From assembly GCA_977862235.1 (NCBI GenBank), contig OZ374557.1, positions 4,030,001-4,094,000 on the forward strand: a stretch of 64,000 bases of DNA, in the 5' to 3' direction. Shown in pieces: positions 1 to 12,933 of the stretch (position 1 is its first letter; each line of letters starts with the position of its first letter). The notes below the pieces were generated by a model. That model was not told the DNA's origin. It saw nothing but the letters and a program-made list of their open reading frames with translations, and did no database searches. The position numbers and the translations under genes were made by a program. This DNA comes from Dudresnaya verticillata. Its lineage: Eukaryota.

Positions 1-112
1 CGTACAGTACTCCCGTTGTGGGCGCGGCAACTACTGTGGCATCGACTCTTCAACGTGGTATGTCAACTTCATTTGTGGCTTAGCAGCTGCCTGCACGAGT
101 CTTATTTTGGGG

Positions 113-3100
113 CTAGCCCACCATTGCTCTTGTAGTGGTGGCGGGGACGCCGAGGCGTCTTTTCTTACAATAGGAGATAACTTGACTCCGCGGTAGGTGT
201 TGTATGGGCTCCCATGTATTTTGCGACGACGGGTACCCGTACTATTTGACTTCAAACAGGAGTTCTGTATTGTCATAACCGTGGTTCACCACTTTTTCTA
301 TGACTTACTCGTCACGTTGCGTTATGTTCGCATTGCGTCGGTGCTTTGGTGGCATTGTGTCATCCGGAGTCAGTGTTTGAGGTGGATCCTCTAGCTGAGT
401 GTCAGGTGGTGACACGCGTGGCGCGACTGCGGCAATACGGCAACTCCGTCTGGGGCTTGGCGCGCCAATGGTCGCGGTGGTGACTTGATTGCGGTCTGTC
501 GCTTCTGGTTCGAGGCTCCGACTCACGAGAGGCCGCTTAGGGATTTCCCTAATGCTGTCGTCAAATGTGACTCTCTTTCTTGGTGAGCGTGGAGAATTCT
601 CCTGGTTATGGTTTTGCGTTCTCGACGCGTCTGGTCACACGTCACGTGTCGTGCTCTTAGGAGCGTGATCCTTCCCAGCAGTGGGTAGGGTTTCAGCCTG
701 ACTACGGGAGCGTAGCTTGAGGCCTGTATTGCGCGCGGGTTGCCGTTGACGAGGCATTTCCCCCTCGAAGTACAGTAGCTCCGGCGGAGTACTGTACTCG
801 AGTATCATCATTGCGGAGACCGTCCGGTGGCGGAGAATCCGCATTAACTGGGCCTGCCATCCCTTCAGTAGCAGTGTCGGCATTCGTGTCCCTTGGGGAA
901 CAGGGGCCAGCACTACTCTATCGCGGGAAATCCGCTCGTATTCAGGCCCATCTTTCTCGATGGTGACCGTTTTGTTGTTTGCGTCGCTAACGCGGTAGGG
1001 ACCATCGGCGATGAGCGCCAGCTTATGCTTTGGGGTGTCCTTCCCATAGTATTCCTTTCGCACCTATACGTAGGAGTCTACTCCAATGACGTCGCGTGAG
1101 GGACGTACCCGAATATCGAAGTTGCGCTTGTATCGCGCTTGTGTCTGTCCAATACCTTTGGTGGCCGTTGACAGTAGTCCTGTGAGCCAAGACTGACACT
1201 TGGCGTGGAATGTAGCCAAACTCGGCACTGGTTCCAGTGAGGGATGCGCCTCGACGCTCAGTGCGGGAGGTGGTCTGGATAGTACCAACTGAAACGGGGC
1301 CAGGTTCGTAGTGGAATGAACTTGCGTATTGTATGCGTAGGTGATGGAATCTGAGAACAAATCCCATTCACGCGGATTATCCGCAACGTAGTGCAGTAGC
1401 GCAGTGCGCATTGTGCGGTTGAACCGCTCAACCTGCTAATTGCATTGGGGGTGATAGGTTGTAGTAAAGAGGTTTTTGATCCCCAATGTTCCACATAACG
1501 ACTGGAACAACCTTTGCGGCAAATTGCCCGCCATTGTCCGATAGTAGGTACAACGGAGGTCCGTAGACGTAGACCCAATGCGTAATGAACGCTTCGGCGA
1601 CTTTTGCAGCCGTAATCTTCTTCATCGAACCTGTCCGAACGAGCTAGGAGAAACGGTCTGTGATGACCAAGAGGAATCGATTACCTCGTTTTGTGCGAAT
1701 CAGTTCGCCATAGATATCAATGGAGACAAACTCCAGGGGTGATTTTGCTGGAAACAGCTTCATGTGCTTTGTATTGCGGAGTAGCATGACGCGATTGCGT
1801 GCACAGGTTGTGCAGTTCCGTACAGTGGCATAACACTCCACAGCCATAGAAGGCCAGTAGAATGATCTACGAAGCGAGTAATACATTTTGCAACCACTGG
1901 GGTGTCCAGATAGTTTCGGGAAGTGTGCCATGTGTAACACACGTACACGGAGAGAGAATGGTATCACAATTTGAGGGAGTGCCTCTCGTGTGCGAATGAG
2001 GACTCCGGTCTCGTCCGGCGCGAACGGTAACCCCTCCCCCCTTTAAGAAGAGAACGCAGGGAGGTGCAGAAGACATCTGCTAATTGCGTTTGAAGAAGCT
2101 CTTCCGTCGTGATGGGGCGCAAGAGCTCGGGTTGGGCTGAAGGCGGATTCGCCAAGAGGAGTCGATTGGCGACTGCGTCATCCAATTCGAGGAATTCCTC
2201 CTCAGCGCAAAGGGCGCAGGCTGCGGGAGCGCCCGCCTCGACGTGGAAGCACGGAATTTCGTCGTCGATATCGACTTGGGTTTCGCCAAGCGTTTGAAGG
2301 CGCAAAAGGGCGTCCGCTTGGGTGTTGATGCGGCCCTTCTTGTAGCGGACGTCAAAGTCGAACTCCAACATGCGTAAGCGCCAGCGCATAAGGCGCCCAG
2401 AGGGATCATTAATCTCCATTAGCCAACCAAGGGAGGAGTGATCGGTGAGTATGGTAAACGTTTCCATTTGTAGGTAGGGCCGAAAAGTGGTAACAGCCCA
2501 CACCAATGCCAAACACTCCTTCTCGGAAACCGATTAGTTATTTTAGGCAGCCTGCAGACCAATACCCGAGTGGTTTCCTCGTACCGTCGGTATGCGTTTG
2601 GAATAAGGCGCAACCGACCTGGTAGTTCGACGTGTCGGTATGGACAGAGTAGGGCAAGCAAGGCTTGGCAGAGATAGTACCGGTGGTTCCCTGACCGCTG
2701 TGATCAGCGTCTGAAACGCGTCGTCTTGGTTGTCGTCTAGCGACTCAATCTTATCCGGATGATCCTTTTTGAGGAGCCGGTTCAGTGGTCCTGCACGTGA
2801 GAGTAACTGGGGACAAACCTCCTATATACGTTGCATAGTCCGAGGAAAGACCGCAATTCAGTTTGTGTACGTGGGTGTTTGGCTTTTGTAGTATAGCTGT
2901 CAGCACACTATCAGCAGCGGCTGTAAGGTATGCAGGCAGCCCCGCACTGTAATGGTGCACACGATGACGCCCGCTGGCGAGTCGTGGTTGGGCAGCGTGC
3001 CCTTAGTTTTTTCGTTGATTAGTAGCGGTCGACCGCATTGCTGCCGGCAGCGGCCCCGCGCTGTGCCGCACACGGCGCGCCCCAGTGACGCTCTCCGGCA

Positions 3101-5533
3101 TCGAGCCGTTGAGAGGGCCGCTGCCCATTACGCCCCGCGCGCGCCCACGGGTAGCCGTTACCCGGACGTGTCGACACGTGTATGGACGCGCGCTCGCACA
3201 CCTCCCGCGTTGGTGTTGTGGGGGGCGCACCCACTGTAGAATAGCCGTAGTGTACATAGCGTAGGGTATTTAAGGCCGTCTGCCATCGACGGCTCAGTAA
3301 ACCGGGTAAGCAACAGCTCGCGCTGAAGCTTGCCCCCAGCCTTTTCGGGTTCGATCCATTTGCCTTACGCCAGCGGGCGGTTTCCCTTTTTCCTCTTGCC
3401 TCGCTAGGCTTCTCCCCTTTCCTTTTCCTTTCCGTCGTCTTCGTGCCGCCCTTCGACAGGGACGCTGGGATCCGTCCGCTGCCTACCCGCGTACGGTACG
3501 CCCCGTGCGCGCTCCGGCATCGACACCGTTGATCCGCACCTGCGGGGCGCACGCGGCCGACACCGCTCTACCACCGACAACAGCTACCCATCGACGGGTC
3601 TGTGTGGCGGCTTCGGACCAGCGCGTATTAGACGTCGGATCGACCCGACGTCTATACTACAGCTTTGCGGAGTGCCGCAGTGACCGTTGGGTCAACCCGT
3701 AGTTCCCCTGGACGGATGATATGGCCCAGGTGGTTGACGGTGTTTGTGAATAGGTCACATTTCTTCAGTTTGAGGGTAACCCCTGCTTGGTTCAGTGCAG
3801 TCAGGATCTGCTCGACGTGTTCAAAGTGGGATTCCACGTCCTTGGAGTAGATGCTAACATCGTCCAAGTAAACAAGGCAGGTCTGCCATTTGAAACCCGA
3901 GAGCAGGATATCCAGTGTCCTTTGGAAGGTAGCGGGAGCATTAGTCAAGCCAAACGGCATCCTCTTGTAGCGGAAGGTTCCCGCATGGCATTTAAACGTG
4001 GTTTTGTCACAACCGCGACCGTTGATGGGGATTTGCCAATACCCCGAGTTGCAATCGAGTGTAGTGAAGACGTTTGCTTCGCCGAGAGAATCGATACACT
4101 CATCGATGCGAGGTAACGGGTATGTATCCCGAACGGTGGCAGCATTTAAACGTCGGTAATCGACACAGAATCGCAAGGTACCGTCCTTTTTAGGCACCAT
4201 TACAACTGGAGATGCCCAAGGAGATTGTGCCGGTTCTATCACGCCAGCGCGTAGCATGCGGTCGACTTCCGCTTGCTCCACTTGGCGTTGCTTCGGTCCA
4301 GCCCGATAGGGTGGGCACGAGAACGGCTTCGTACCCGGAACCATATCGATGTAATGTTCCGTAGTGGTGATTTCACCTAGTGAACCATCCCACATTGTAG
4401 AAAACCTACCAAGCAATTGCCGAACACGCTCGGCGTGATTCTCTGTCAGGTGGGATAAATCCACGTCGTCCACCGAAGGGGGAGGTTCGTTTTCAGCTTC
4501 AAGGGTCTTTGCATGAGTGTCACCTTTGTTTGTCGTATTCGACAGTCTGCCCAGTCGTTGGGACTTTGTTGCGGTATCGTCCGCTAAGTCAGCCAACCCA
4601 AGCACGTCCGCCAGCCGGATGGCACTGGGCACCACGGCGGTGGCGTGCGGGAGAGCTGTCGCGACGACCTGGTTCTTTGGCAGAACTTGGTCATGCGACG
4701 TAAAGTTCGCGACTAGAATGCGGAACGGCCGCTTTGGTTCAACATGGGCTATTCCATTCGTCACGAAGATTCCCTGCCGGTGATACGGCTTGTCGTAGGG
4801 CTCAAGGCAAATCAGCCCCGCGCGTTCTGTGGTTACTGAAACCCACTTCTGCGCTTGGGCGGGGATTATGATTCGTTCCGCTACGCGTATTTTCGTTGAG
4901 ATATGACCTCGTAGTGGCTCGTACTCCTGATCGTCAGGTAGAGGTGGAGCCGTGGGGGGTCGCTTCAATGGTCGCCGTGTAATCGGCACGCGAGTCCCAT
5001 TGTCGAGTTCGACTTCACGGCTCCTCGGATAGATGGCTTCTACGAAACGGTCGCAGAAGTTTGACAATGCGGTCGCCGAGCCGAACGACCAAGGCGATGA
5101 CGCCGGATGTTTGCAACGGCCTATTGTTGGCGTCGCTGATCGTGGGGATATCCCCTTCTCGAATGCGGGTCTCCGCTTGGGGGGGTAATTCAGATTTTCT
5201 GATAAAGTTGGGACCGGCACCGGTATCTAGCACAGTACTTTTACGCGATAGGTAGCTTGGGTGTAAACCCGTGTCCGCGTATACCTTAAAGTTGCGCTTT
5301 GCCGCTATCAACAATTCGCCTCGTGCGTGCGGGGGACGGTACCGGTGCCAGGGACAGTGTAACCCCACCGTTGGCGGTGCGGCAGAGGTCCTACTAGCCC
5401 TTGCAGGGTTCTGCAGTATGATCTTTGGAGTTATATCCTCCTGCTTGTCGGGTCGTGACCCTTGAACTTCGATCGGAGATTGTTCTGGCCGAAGTTCTCC
5501 AGTCAAAGGGGGCGTGACCCAGACTAGTTTTCC
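113..5533 (-). pseudogene. pol: pol of element A (PR, dUTPase-like, RT, RNase H, integrase, long linker, chromodomain), disrupted
   Basis: ORF fragments 5015-5659, 3652-5220, 1964-2512, 1644-1967, 1428-1625, 1064-1411 and 635-1063. Chromodomain read manually at 113-313: E*VIEKVVNHGYDNTELLFEVK*YGYPSSQNTWEPIQHLP. Split by the solo LTR at 2887-3661. Confidence 0.93.
2887..3661 (+). mobile_element. Solo LTR (775 bp) of a family related to element E, inserted antisense into the RT/RH junction of A
   Basis: Perfect 10-bp inverted termini TGTAGTATAG...CTATACTACA. TSD GCTTT at 2882-2886 and 3662-3666. Removing it restores ...TAALRKAKHPRTQTELRSFLGLCNVY. Its 3' half aligns with the 5' LTR of E. Confidence 0.95.
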
Positions 5534-7900
5534 GAATTGCGGATGTCCGCTCGTCCGTCGCGTCCATTCGTAGGGGACTGGCCAACGGGCGCGAACGCCT
5601 GCTGGTGGCGTTCGCTGGTATGTGGTACCACGTTGGATGGTTGCCCCTGGGGTCGACATTGAGGACTTGCCTCATCGTATTGTGCCTGTGCTTTCGCCTT
5701 CATATAGGACGTAGCCGGCACGCGATCGCGGTCAACGGCACTAAGTGATTCGTAATTGAGGATAATCCTCAGGTAGTCCTTCCAAGCCAAGAAGCATTCG
5801 GGCGAGACGTACCCGGGCTTATAGCAAATGTGGCAGATGAGTGTCTGTTTGGGACCGAGATTTCTTTGGGGATTTGCCCTATCTTGCCAGCCCGGCCGAG
5901 CGCGTGTCATTCCAGGTGAATGCTCCTGGTATGGAATGCGTGGGATCGGGACTTGGCGAGAGCGCATGAGAAACGCGTTATCTTCGCTTCCGTAGGATCC
6001 TACTTGTGAGCGGTAGTTGGATCTGACGACAGCAAGGCCGCGTCGTGATACAAGAGATGCACCTCGGCGTCCTTCTCGCCCACCTGCCTACTTGGAACTC
6101 CACTCCCGTCTCGAAACTCAATAGAGGTCTCGGCCATCATAGCGGAATTTCCGCGTCCTGGACGACGTCCTCCTGAGGTCGCCGTACGACCAGCAAGTTG
6201 GTCTTGTCCAGCGCGTGGTGCGCGACTTCTTCCACGGTGAGCTTCACCTTCATCTTGTGCGTAATGCACTAGTCGTTCAAACGACAATTCATGGCGAGGA
6301 GTTTCCTCTCGATACCTGGCGACCAGCGAACGGATGCTCGGATCGAGGCCGTCGATGAAGTACGTCATCTTCTCGCATTCCTTGTGGACATTGCCACAAC
6401 GGTTACACGCTTTCGAGACTCGCATCCCGAAGCGTGTTTCCGATTCGCCCGCGCTCTGTCGGAGGGCGCGGAGCTCGAGGATTGCCTCTCGTAATGCGCC
6501 CGGGGTCGCATATGTCCGCAGAAGATACTGCACCGCTTCCGGCCATGAGGATACTCCTCCATTAGAACGGGACGGAGCGGCCTTGACAGAACGGAATTGA
6601 GTAGCGGCATTTCCGCGTAGGAAGTAGGGTAAAGCAATAAACGCCTGCGCTTCAGACATGTCGAGAGTATCGGCTTCGTCAGCTAGCCTGGAGAGAAACT
6701 CCAACATTAACACGGGTCTTCCCCATTGAAAGAACAATCTTTCATGATTAACTCCAGTCTTTTGATCTGGTCTTTGATCTAGCCGGTCTGTCGGCTTGTA
6801 CCGGACTGTTCCGTATTCTGTAGGCGGTAGTGCTTGTAGGACAGCAATTGGTCATACAAGGGGTTCGTTGGTTTCAGCTCGTTGAGGTGCTTATACCGCG
6901 GCTCCTGGCGTCGTATGCCATCATCGTGACGGGGATTTCTCCAAGTTTCTCCATCGGAGCGGTCTGAATCCGAAATTTCGGAGGCCGACCGGGAGGAAGT
7001 TCCGTAGCCGTGGCGATGGTGACGGCGACTGCGGGTATTCCGTATTGAGGTACGATGACGGTTTTGACGTCGTTCCTCACGGCGATCTTGACGGTAGTCG
7101 TCTTCATGAGGGTGGTCAGGACACCCGTAAGGGCAACTGTCCTTTGGATGCGTGTCTCCATGTCGATCACGATTGTCGAATTCGACTTGTCTTCGGTTTG
7201 CGCCTCGGCTATCGAGATTCAATAGCTGTTCGCGCTCATTGAGGCATATACCCTCCAGTCGCTCCAAGCGGTCGGCAATCCGCGTTATGCGGACATCGAG
7301 CGGGAGTTCCGCGGGTAAGCTTGGGGGACTCGGACGGGGCCCCCTTTCGGGAGTAGCCCCGTAGGTCTTGAGGAGGCGATTGACGTCTGCTCAGAGAGTG
7401 CGGACCTCTACGGCGAGTTCCGGGTGGTTCTGTGGAGGATTCTCCAGTGCGAGGTCATTTCGAGTACCAACCTCGTCGATACGTTGGTTGACCAGAGCCA
7501 GGCTGTCCGTTATTTGGCGAGACAGCCGGGCGGCAAAAGCCTGGTCTTCCATGAGGCATACCTCTTGAATCGCACTTAGGGGATTGGTAGTCCCGTGGAT
7601 GAAGGCGACACGAGGGGCTTCTTCTTGGACTGTGGAAGGCTCCGCTGGTGGCGGAAGTGATGCCGAAATCGGCGGCGGAGGAGCCGGCTGCCCGCCTTGG
7701 TCTTGGCCAGTCGGGGGAGCCCCGGCTGGGTCAGGAGGTACGATCTACACCGGGGGGGAATGCGAGGAACCCCTCATTGGGTATTGCCGAAAATGCGGCT
7801 TGGACCGCAGGACTTCCTGCGCACGTGCACGCGTCACCATATTGGCAGCGGTCTGCGTTGGTACAGACCTTCCCGACGACGGCTGTCGACGGGTGGGCAT
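5524..7900 (-). pseudogene. gag: gag of element A, frameshifted
   Basis: ATG at 7900, ~90 nt after the PBS. Capsid-like LEFLSRLADEADTLDMSEAQAFIALPYFL and zinc-knuckle remnant CHICYKPGYVSPEC. Ends SEN* at 5524. Confidence 0.85.
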
Positions 7901-7986
7901 GGTAGTTAACTGCAGCGTAGAAGGTAGGAATATGAAGAACGGTAGTTCCGTAACGTAGGCAACGTAGCCAATCGGAAATTCCGAAC

Positions 7987-8004
7987 TTCTAGGTCGGGAA
8001 ACGA
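7987..8004 (-). promoter_or_regulatory. Degenerate primer-binding site of A
   Basis: TTCTAGGTCGGGAAACGA is the reverse complement of the shared PBS with 2 mismatches, 2 nt from the LTR end. Confidence 0.85.
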
Positions 8005-8006
8005 AA

Positions 8007-8785
8007 TGTGGTGCAATCCCACTCGGTCGAATCGAGGATGCACCTCAGGCAGTTCGAGGGACTGGTGGTAGCAGGTGAGGTAGTAGCGGTAGAGCAGGGG
8101 AATAGCCCCATAGTGCGACTGTAAAACACTACAAGACCGAGAAAGGGGGTTACCCTAGAAAGAAAGAGAAAACGAAGGAAAATAAGAGAAAAACAGGATT
8201 CTATACGATGAAGAAGGGTAGCGTACGTACTGGGGTCCAGCCTAGCGACGGAGTCGATAGGGTAGGAGGGTATGTTTCGTTGGGCCCAAGCTTGGCTGTT
8301 TATTGTATGAGGGCGCACCTCAGGGCCCTAATATACTATGTACAAGGGGGGTGCGCCTTGGTGGCGGATTCTAATAGTGACAGGGGGCGCGCCACTTGGC
8401 ATTGCGTGGTGCGCACAAAATCTATAGTTACTAAAATATCAACTGTCAGCCTTTTGGCAGCATGGTCTGACAGCATGCGCTGAAGAAGCACACGCGCACA
8501 CGAGGGCGCGTTGTAGTATCGAGGGGCTATCCTTGCTGGCGGCCGGTGCCGGGAACTGTCCGTCGGGACGGCTCACAGGGGAATTGCCCCAGCGTCATTG
8601 CTGGCGCACGCGCGTGTCGGCGGAGCCCGTTGCGGCAGAGAAATTGGCTCTGAGCTCAGAAATGAGCGCAGCGGATTATCCGCGGGTATCGGCCGTGGCG
8701 GGTCGTCGTCCGCAGTCGCGTGAGCCGCGGGTGACGTCCATTATGAAGAATTCTTCAGTAGGGCGCGAAGGCGATTTGCGCCACA
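8007..8785 (-). repeat. 5' LTR of element A (779 bp)
   Basis: Termini TGTGGTGCAAT...ATTTGCGCCACA, adjacent to the PBS. 8007-8400 is homologous (inverted) to the 3' part of the B LTR. Confidence 0.85.
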
Positions 8786-8809
8786 GTTAGATTCGAGAAA
8801 CCACCGTCT

Positions 8810-9423
8810 TGTGGTGCAATTCACCGGTGCTCATTTGCCTCAAATCGCGGACTCCCCGCCAGTAATGCACTTGGGGACTGCGCCTGTAAGGCGCCCGGCC
8901 TGTAAGTCTTGCGCGCCGGTGGCAACGGGTTGCGGATTATGCTGGCGGATCTTCGCTACTGTACGCACTGCCAGCCACCCTTAATTTTAGTTAATTTTAG
9001 TTAATCCCTTTCCGCGTGTCACGAATCGCCAAATGGCACGCTCCCCTTCCCCGCTTCATTTGCGGCGCACCCGCCTTTACATAGTATATTAGAGCTAGGG
9101 GCGCGCCCTCATTCAGTAAACAAGCCAAGCTCGGGCTCTACGACACACACCTCCCTGCCCTTGACCGACACCTTCGTCGTCAGGAAGGACTCCAGTGCGT
9201 GCGTACCCCTTCTTCATCATACAGAACCCTGTTTTCCCTTTTCCTTTTCTTTTCCGCTATTTTAGGGTTCCTCTCTTTTCTTTCGTCTCGTGGCGTTTTA
9301 CAGTCGCGCTACGGGGCTACTCCCCACGCTCTACCACACAACCCCCTACTACCGCTACCCACGGGTCTCGAACGCCCGAGGTGTGTCCTTTGTTGTTTTT
9401 TTCAGCAGTGGATTTGCACCAAA
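8810..9423 (+). repeat. 5' LTR of B
   Basis: Starts TGTGGTGCAA and ends TTGCACCAAA (one change from TTGCACCACA). Direct repeat of 16040-16655. Confidence 0.92.
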
Positions 9424-9425
9424 TT

Positions 9426-9443
9426 TGGTCTCCCGACCTAGAA
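9426..9443 (+). promoter_or_regulatory. Primer-binding site (tRNA-Tyr-like) of B
   Basis: TGGTCTCCCGACCTAGAA, 2 nt after the LTR. Confidence 0.92.
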
Positions 9444-9525
9444 GTTCGGAGTTCCGATTGGCTCCGTCTTCTACGCTACGGAACCACCGTTCTTCATATT
9501 ATACATACATCGCAGACTTTCTGCC

Positions 9526-12071
9526 ATGCCACGCCGTCGACAGCCGTCGTCGGCAAGGTGTGCCCCATCACAGCCCGGAGCTGCTGTGGTTACGCGAGCT
9601 CGTGCACAGGCAAGTCCTGCGGTCCAAGCCGCCTTTTCGGCAATGCCCCTGATGAGGGGGTTCCTCGTGTACCACCCTCGGTGGAGATAGTACCTCCTGA
9701 CCCAGCCGGGGCTCTCCCGACTGGCCAGGTCCAAGGCGGGCAGCTGGCATCTCCGCCTTCGCTGCCCATTCCACCATTGCCGATTTCGGCATCACTTCCG
9801 CCTATTCGGGAATGGGGTGTCATCCCAAGTCATTCGGGATACAGCCGTCACCACGCGGATATCCGCTCTTCCGTCTGGCCCGAACAATGTACATGGCCAC
9901 CGCAGAGGAACTCCTCATATCCTTATCCGCCCCCAGCGGCGTGTCTTTCCCCGCCCATGCGAGGGTCCGAGACAATCTCGTTATCTTCGAAAGAATCGAA
10001 CTTGTGCTCAGCCACCTCATCACGGACCTCCGGGTCATCACAGTCGTCAAGCGACAATTGCAGCAGGTGCTATTCACCTTCGGAGTCGTCAATAGAATCC
10101 TCCATGAGGTCATCCTCCTGTTCATCCTTGTGGAGTTCCACATCTTCGGCCCTGTCCAACCCGTGGTCCGACGAAGAATCAGAGATAATCTCGTTAGCCG
10201 GCTGCCGCCAAGGTGAGCATCTCGACACGTACGCGACGCACCGCGGAAACCATGAGGATTACCTCATGACGACACAACCGGGTTTCTAGGAGTACACTGG
10301 GCATGAGCTATGTAGCCAGAACCCTAAGCAGTGCGAGGCCACCATGCCCCCAGTGGGCATCAGACGGAGACCTGCTCTAGAAACCGGGGAAAGACCCCTT
10401 GTACCTTCGCACGTTGAACTTCAACATTCTCGATCACAACCTGCGGAAGTCGGCACTGCCATTGAAATGGCAACTGACATTCCGGCTCATGGCTATGAGG
10501 AAATCCTCCCACCCCGTGCGCCTCGAGTCCTCACGCGGAGAATCAGGAGGCATTTCTGTGTACTGACAAGGGACTATGCCCTACGACGACCCTGGAGAAG
10601 ACTTCCACAGCGTGCTATGCGGCGAATCCGCATCATGCGTGGACGGAATGCTGCGGTCTATGCCGATTTCGGCCTATCAAAGGTGTCGGTGACATGTTCT
10701 CTCACGGTGCTAGACACTTGTTCTGACCCGAACTTTATTCGGCAGTCGGAACTACAACGGGTACTCCCGGAAAACGAAGCAACAGTGCGGTACGGTCCAC
10801 TGCTAGACTACCGAGAGGAACGCGGAAAGCCGCTGAATACCTTCGGTATTACCAGCCTTCATGTGGCCATCGGTAACGTTAATACAGAAGTTGACTTCAT
10901 AGTTGTTGGAGATCTCTCCGTGCCTGCCGATTCGGCGCTGACTTTTGTGACGAATTCGTCGAGGCCATATGGCCTGCCCGGAGAAGTGTCGAGTTAGCTT
11001 CCGGACTCTCCGTTCCAATAGTGCGGAGAATGCACAAACGCGTGCTTCGGGGACCGCACCCTCCAAAATCTCAGGAGTACTCTCCACTTCGCAGTCGCGT
11101 ATCGCCTAAGCACCAATTTCGGTCAGCTACCACAGCGGGTTTCTCCTCAGCAAGTCATTGGCAAACTCGCGCCACATCCCAGCATGCGGTTGTCCATATC
11201 TGGTTCCCTCGCGGACCCGTTCGACGAAATGGGAATTCCCAATGTTAGAGTTCGCCTTTCTGACGGCTCTACACTCGATGGCTTTGACTACCGGAGCATC
11301 ATTGCGGGAAAGCCACTTGATACTGGGAATTCGTCATGCCGGACAGAGGTGTCCAGGCAACGGTAGTGTGGTGTCAATCCAAACTTATTGGGACTGCCAG
11401 ATAGTCCCAACCAAAACCAGAGCGATTTCGCTACTTTGTTTACTTGGGGACCACCCCAACTGGTTCCTGCTCCCGCTTTTGAAGCAGCAACAGAAACATA
11501 TACTTTGGATGGCCATGTTACTTCTGCCGAGGAATTCTCGAGTGGAAGATTATCGCGGAAATCCGCAAGCACGTGGGAACAAGCCCCGTTCGCAGACTCT
11601 GAATCAGAGCAATCAAGCGGAAATTGTTCCACAGTCTCCGGCAAGCGGGGAAAAGTTCCTACTTCGCAAACGTCGATGATACGAGCGGGATTTCCCGAGG
11701 ACAAACGCGTTCGCGAAGGCACTTCCCCACGGGATTACCAGACAAAGTTTGCAGCCACAAGTGGGCAATTGGCATCTGCATATGAGCTCCTCCTTGACGT
11801 AGAAGTGGCTACTCGTGTTAGGCAATTGCCTCTGGGGGAATCCCCTGTGCTCCTTAGTCCCGTACCCGAACGCATTCCTCGCGACTACCAAGTCAAGCCA
11901 AATGATTGCCGAAAGTCAGCTATTCTCGGACTCGGTCGCAGCATCGCGAAGTACCGGACAGGTCGGCGTTTCATGAACTGTACGTCATGCTATGTGCAAG
12001 GATTGGCTGTTGCTTTGGCCCCAAACATTGGAACCAATCAGATCCCAGAATTTGGCAACAGTCACCATTGA
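9526..12071 (+). pseudogene. Disrupted copy of the Gag-N/pseudo-protease ORF in B
   Basis: Colinear with 16772-19473. Contains VLDTCSDPNFI. Frameshifts, stops and a 179-bp deletion at 11110/11111. Confidence 0.85.
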
Positions 12072-12745
12072 TCCCGGCGTGCGCACCATCGTGCACCCCA
12101 CCGACGAGACGTTGCATTTCGGCTAAGTCCCAGACGGGCTACGCGAAAAACGGATATCCGTAGATGCTGCGACTAACGGGCAACGGCCAGGTCAGCAAAC
12201 CACTCCGCATGATAGGGAAGTACCCTGAGGAGGCCGATGCGATATACCTTCGTCGGTTTTCCAACGGCGTACGCATGACTGGTTACTCGATCAGCTCAAT
12301 CCATCGTGCCGCATGCGGCTTCATCCGCGAAACTTTATCCTCAAATGGAATCATTCCATAATTTCCCTTCACCTGTCGTGTGCAGTGGAGGGGTTCATTT
12401 GGCGAACACGTCACGAATCAGATGGTCTACGTAGTGCTACGAAGTTTATCACTCCAGCGGAAACCCGCAGTCAAGCAACCACGCTTCAAGACTGTTACGA
12501 AGCCAAACAAAATGTGCACATGTCATGACATGCATGGCTTGCAACAGGGGAATCCCCCACGCATACCGCACTCGAGTTCCGTCAACAATACGCTGACCGT
12601 GGTCCAGAGGTGCCAGATGACTTGTTCAGCGGCGATGGAGAAATGGGGGATACCGCTCGAGATGGACTGCTGCTGTGCGGCTGTCCTTTGCGGCCAATCC
12701 GCACACGGAGTGGTCGTGAACCGGCTACTCCTTCTTGTGGGGCAG

Positions 12746-12933
12746 GTCAATGAGAAAGTGGTGGACCACGAGTATGCCAATACAGAGCTTCTGTTTGAAT
12801 TCAAATGGTACGGGTATTCGTCGTCTCATACATGAGAACCCATACAACATCTACCAAGGAGTCAAATCATCTCCTACTGAAAACGGAAACGCCTTGGCGT
12901 TCTGGCTACGATAGGAAGGCGATGGTGGGCTAG
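12746..12933 (+). pseudogene. Isolated chromodomain remnant in B
   Basis: VNEKVVDHEYANTELLFEFKWYGYSSSHT*EPIQHLPRSQIISY*KRKRLG, very similar to the chromodomain of A. Confidence 0.85.

Larger units (their letters stand above)
1..8785 (-). mobile_element. Element A: decayed Ty3/Gypsy chromodomain LTR retrotransposon (3' end lies left of the window)
   Basis: Minus-strand order LTR-PBS-gag-PR-RT-RH-IN-chromodomain. Motifs: VLDTGAGPNFI, LRFCVDYRRLN, VYLDD, RLMRWRLR, H-x6-H/CTTC zinc finger and SDNGGQF. Many stops and frameshifts. Confidence 0.95.

Noticed and set aside
537..552. TTAGGG/CCCTAA as a telomeric repeat
   Set aside because: Single inverted pair, not a tandem array.
3003..3702. Numerous 60-200 aa ORFs within LTRs and antisense to gag/pol throughout the window
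   Set aside because: GC-rich shadow frames with no domains, not called as genes.
9426..9443. tRNA gene at the PBS sites
   Set aside because: Only the 18-nt complement of a tRNA 3' end including CCA, with no cloverleaf.
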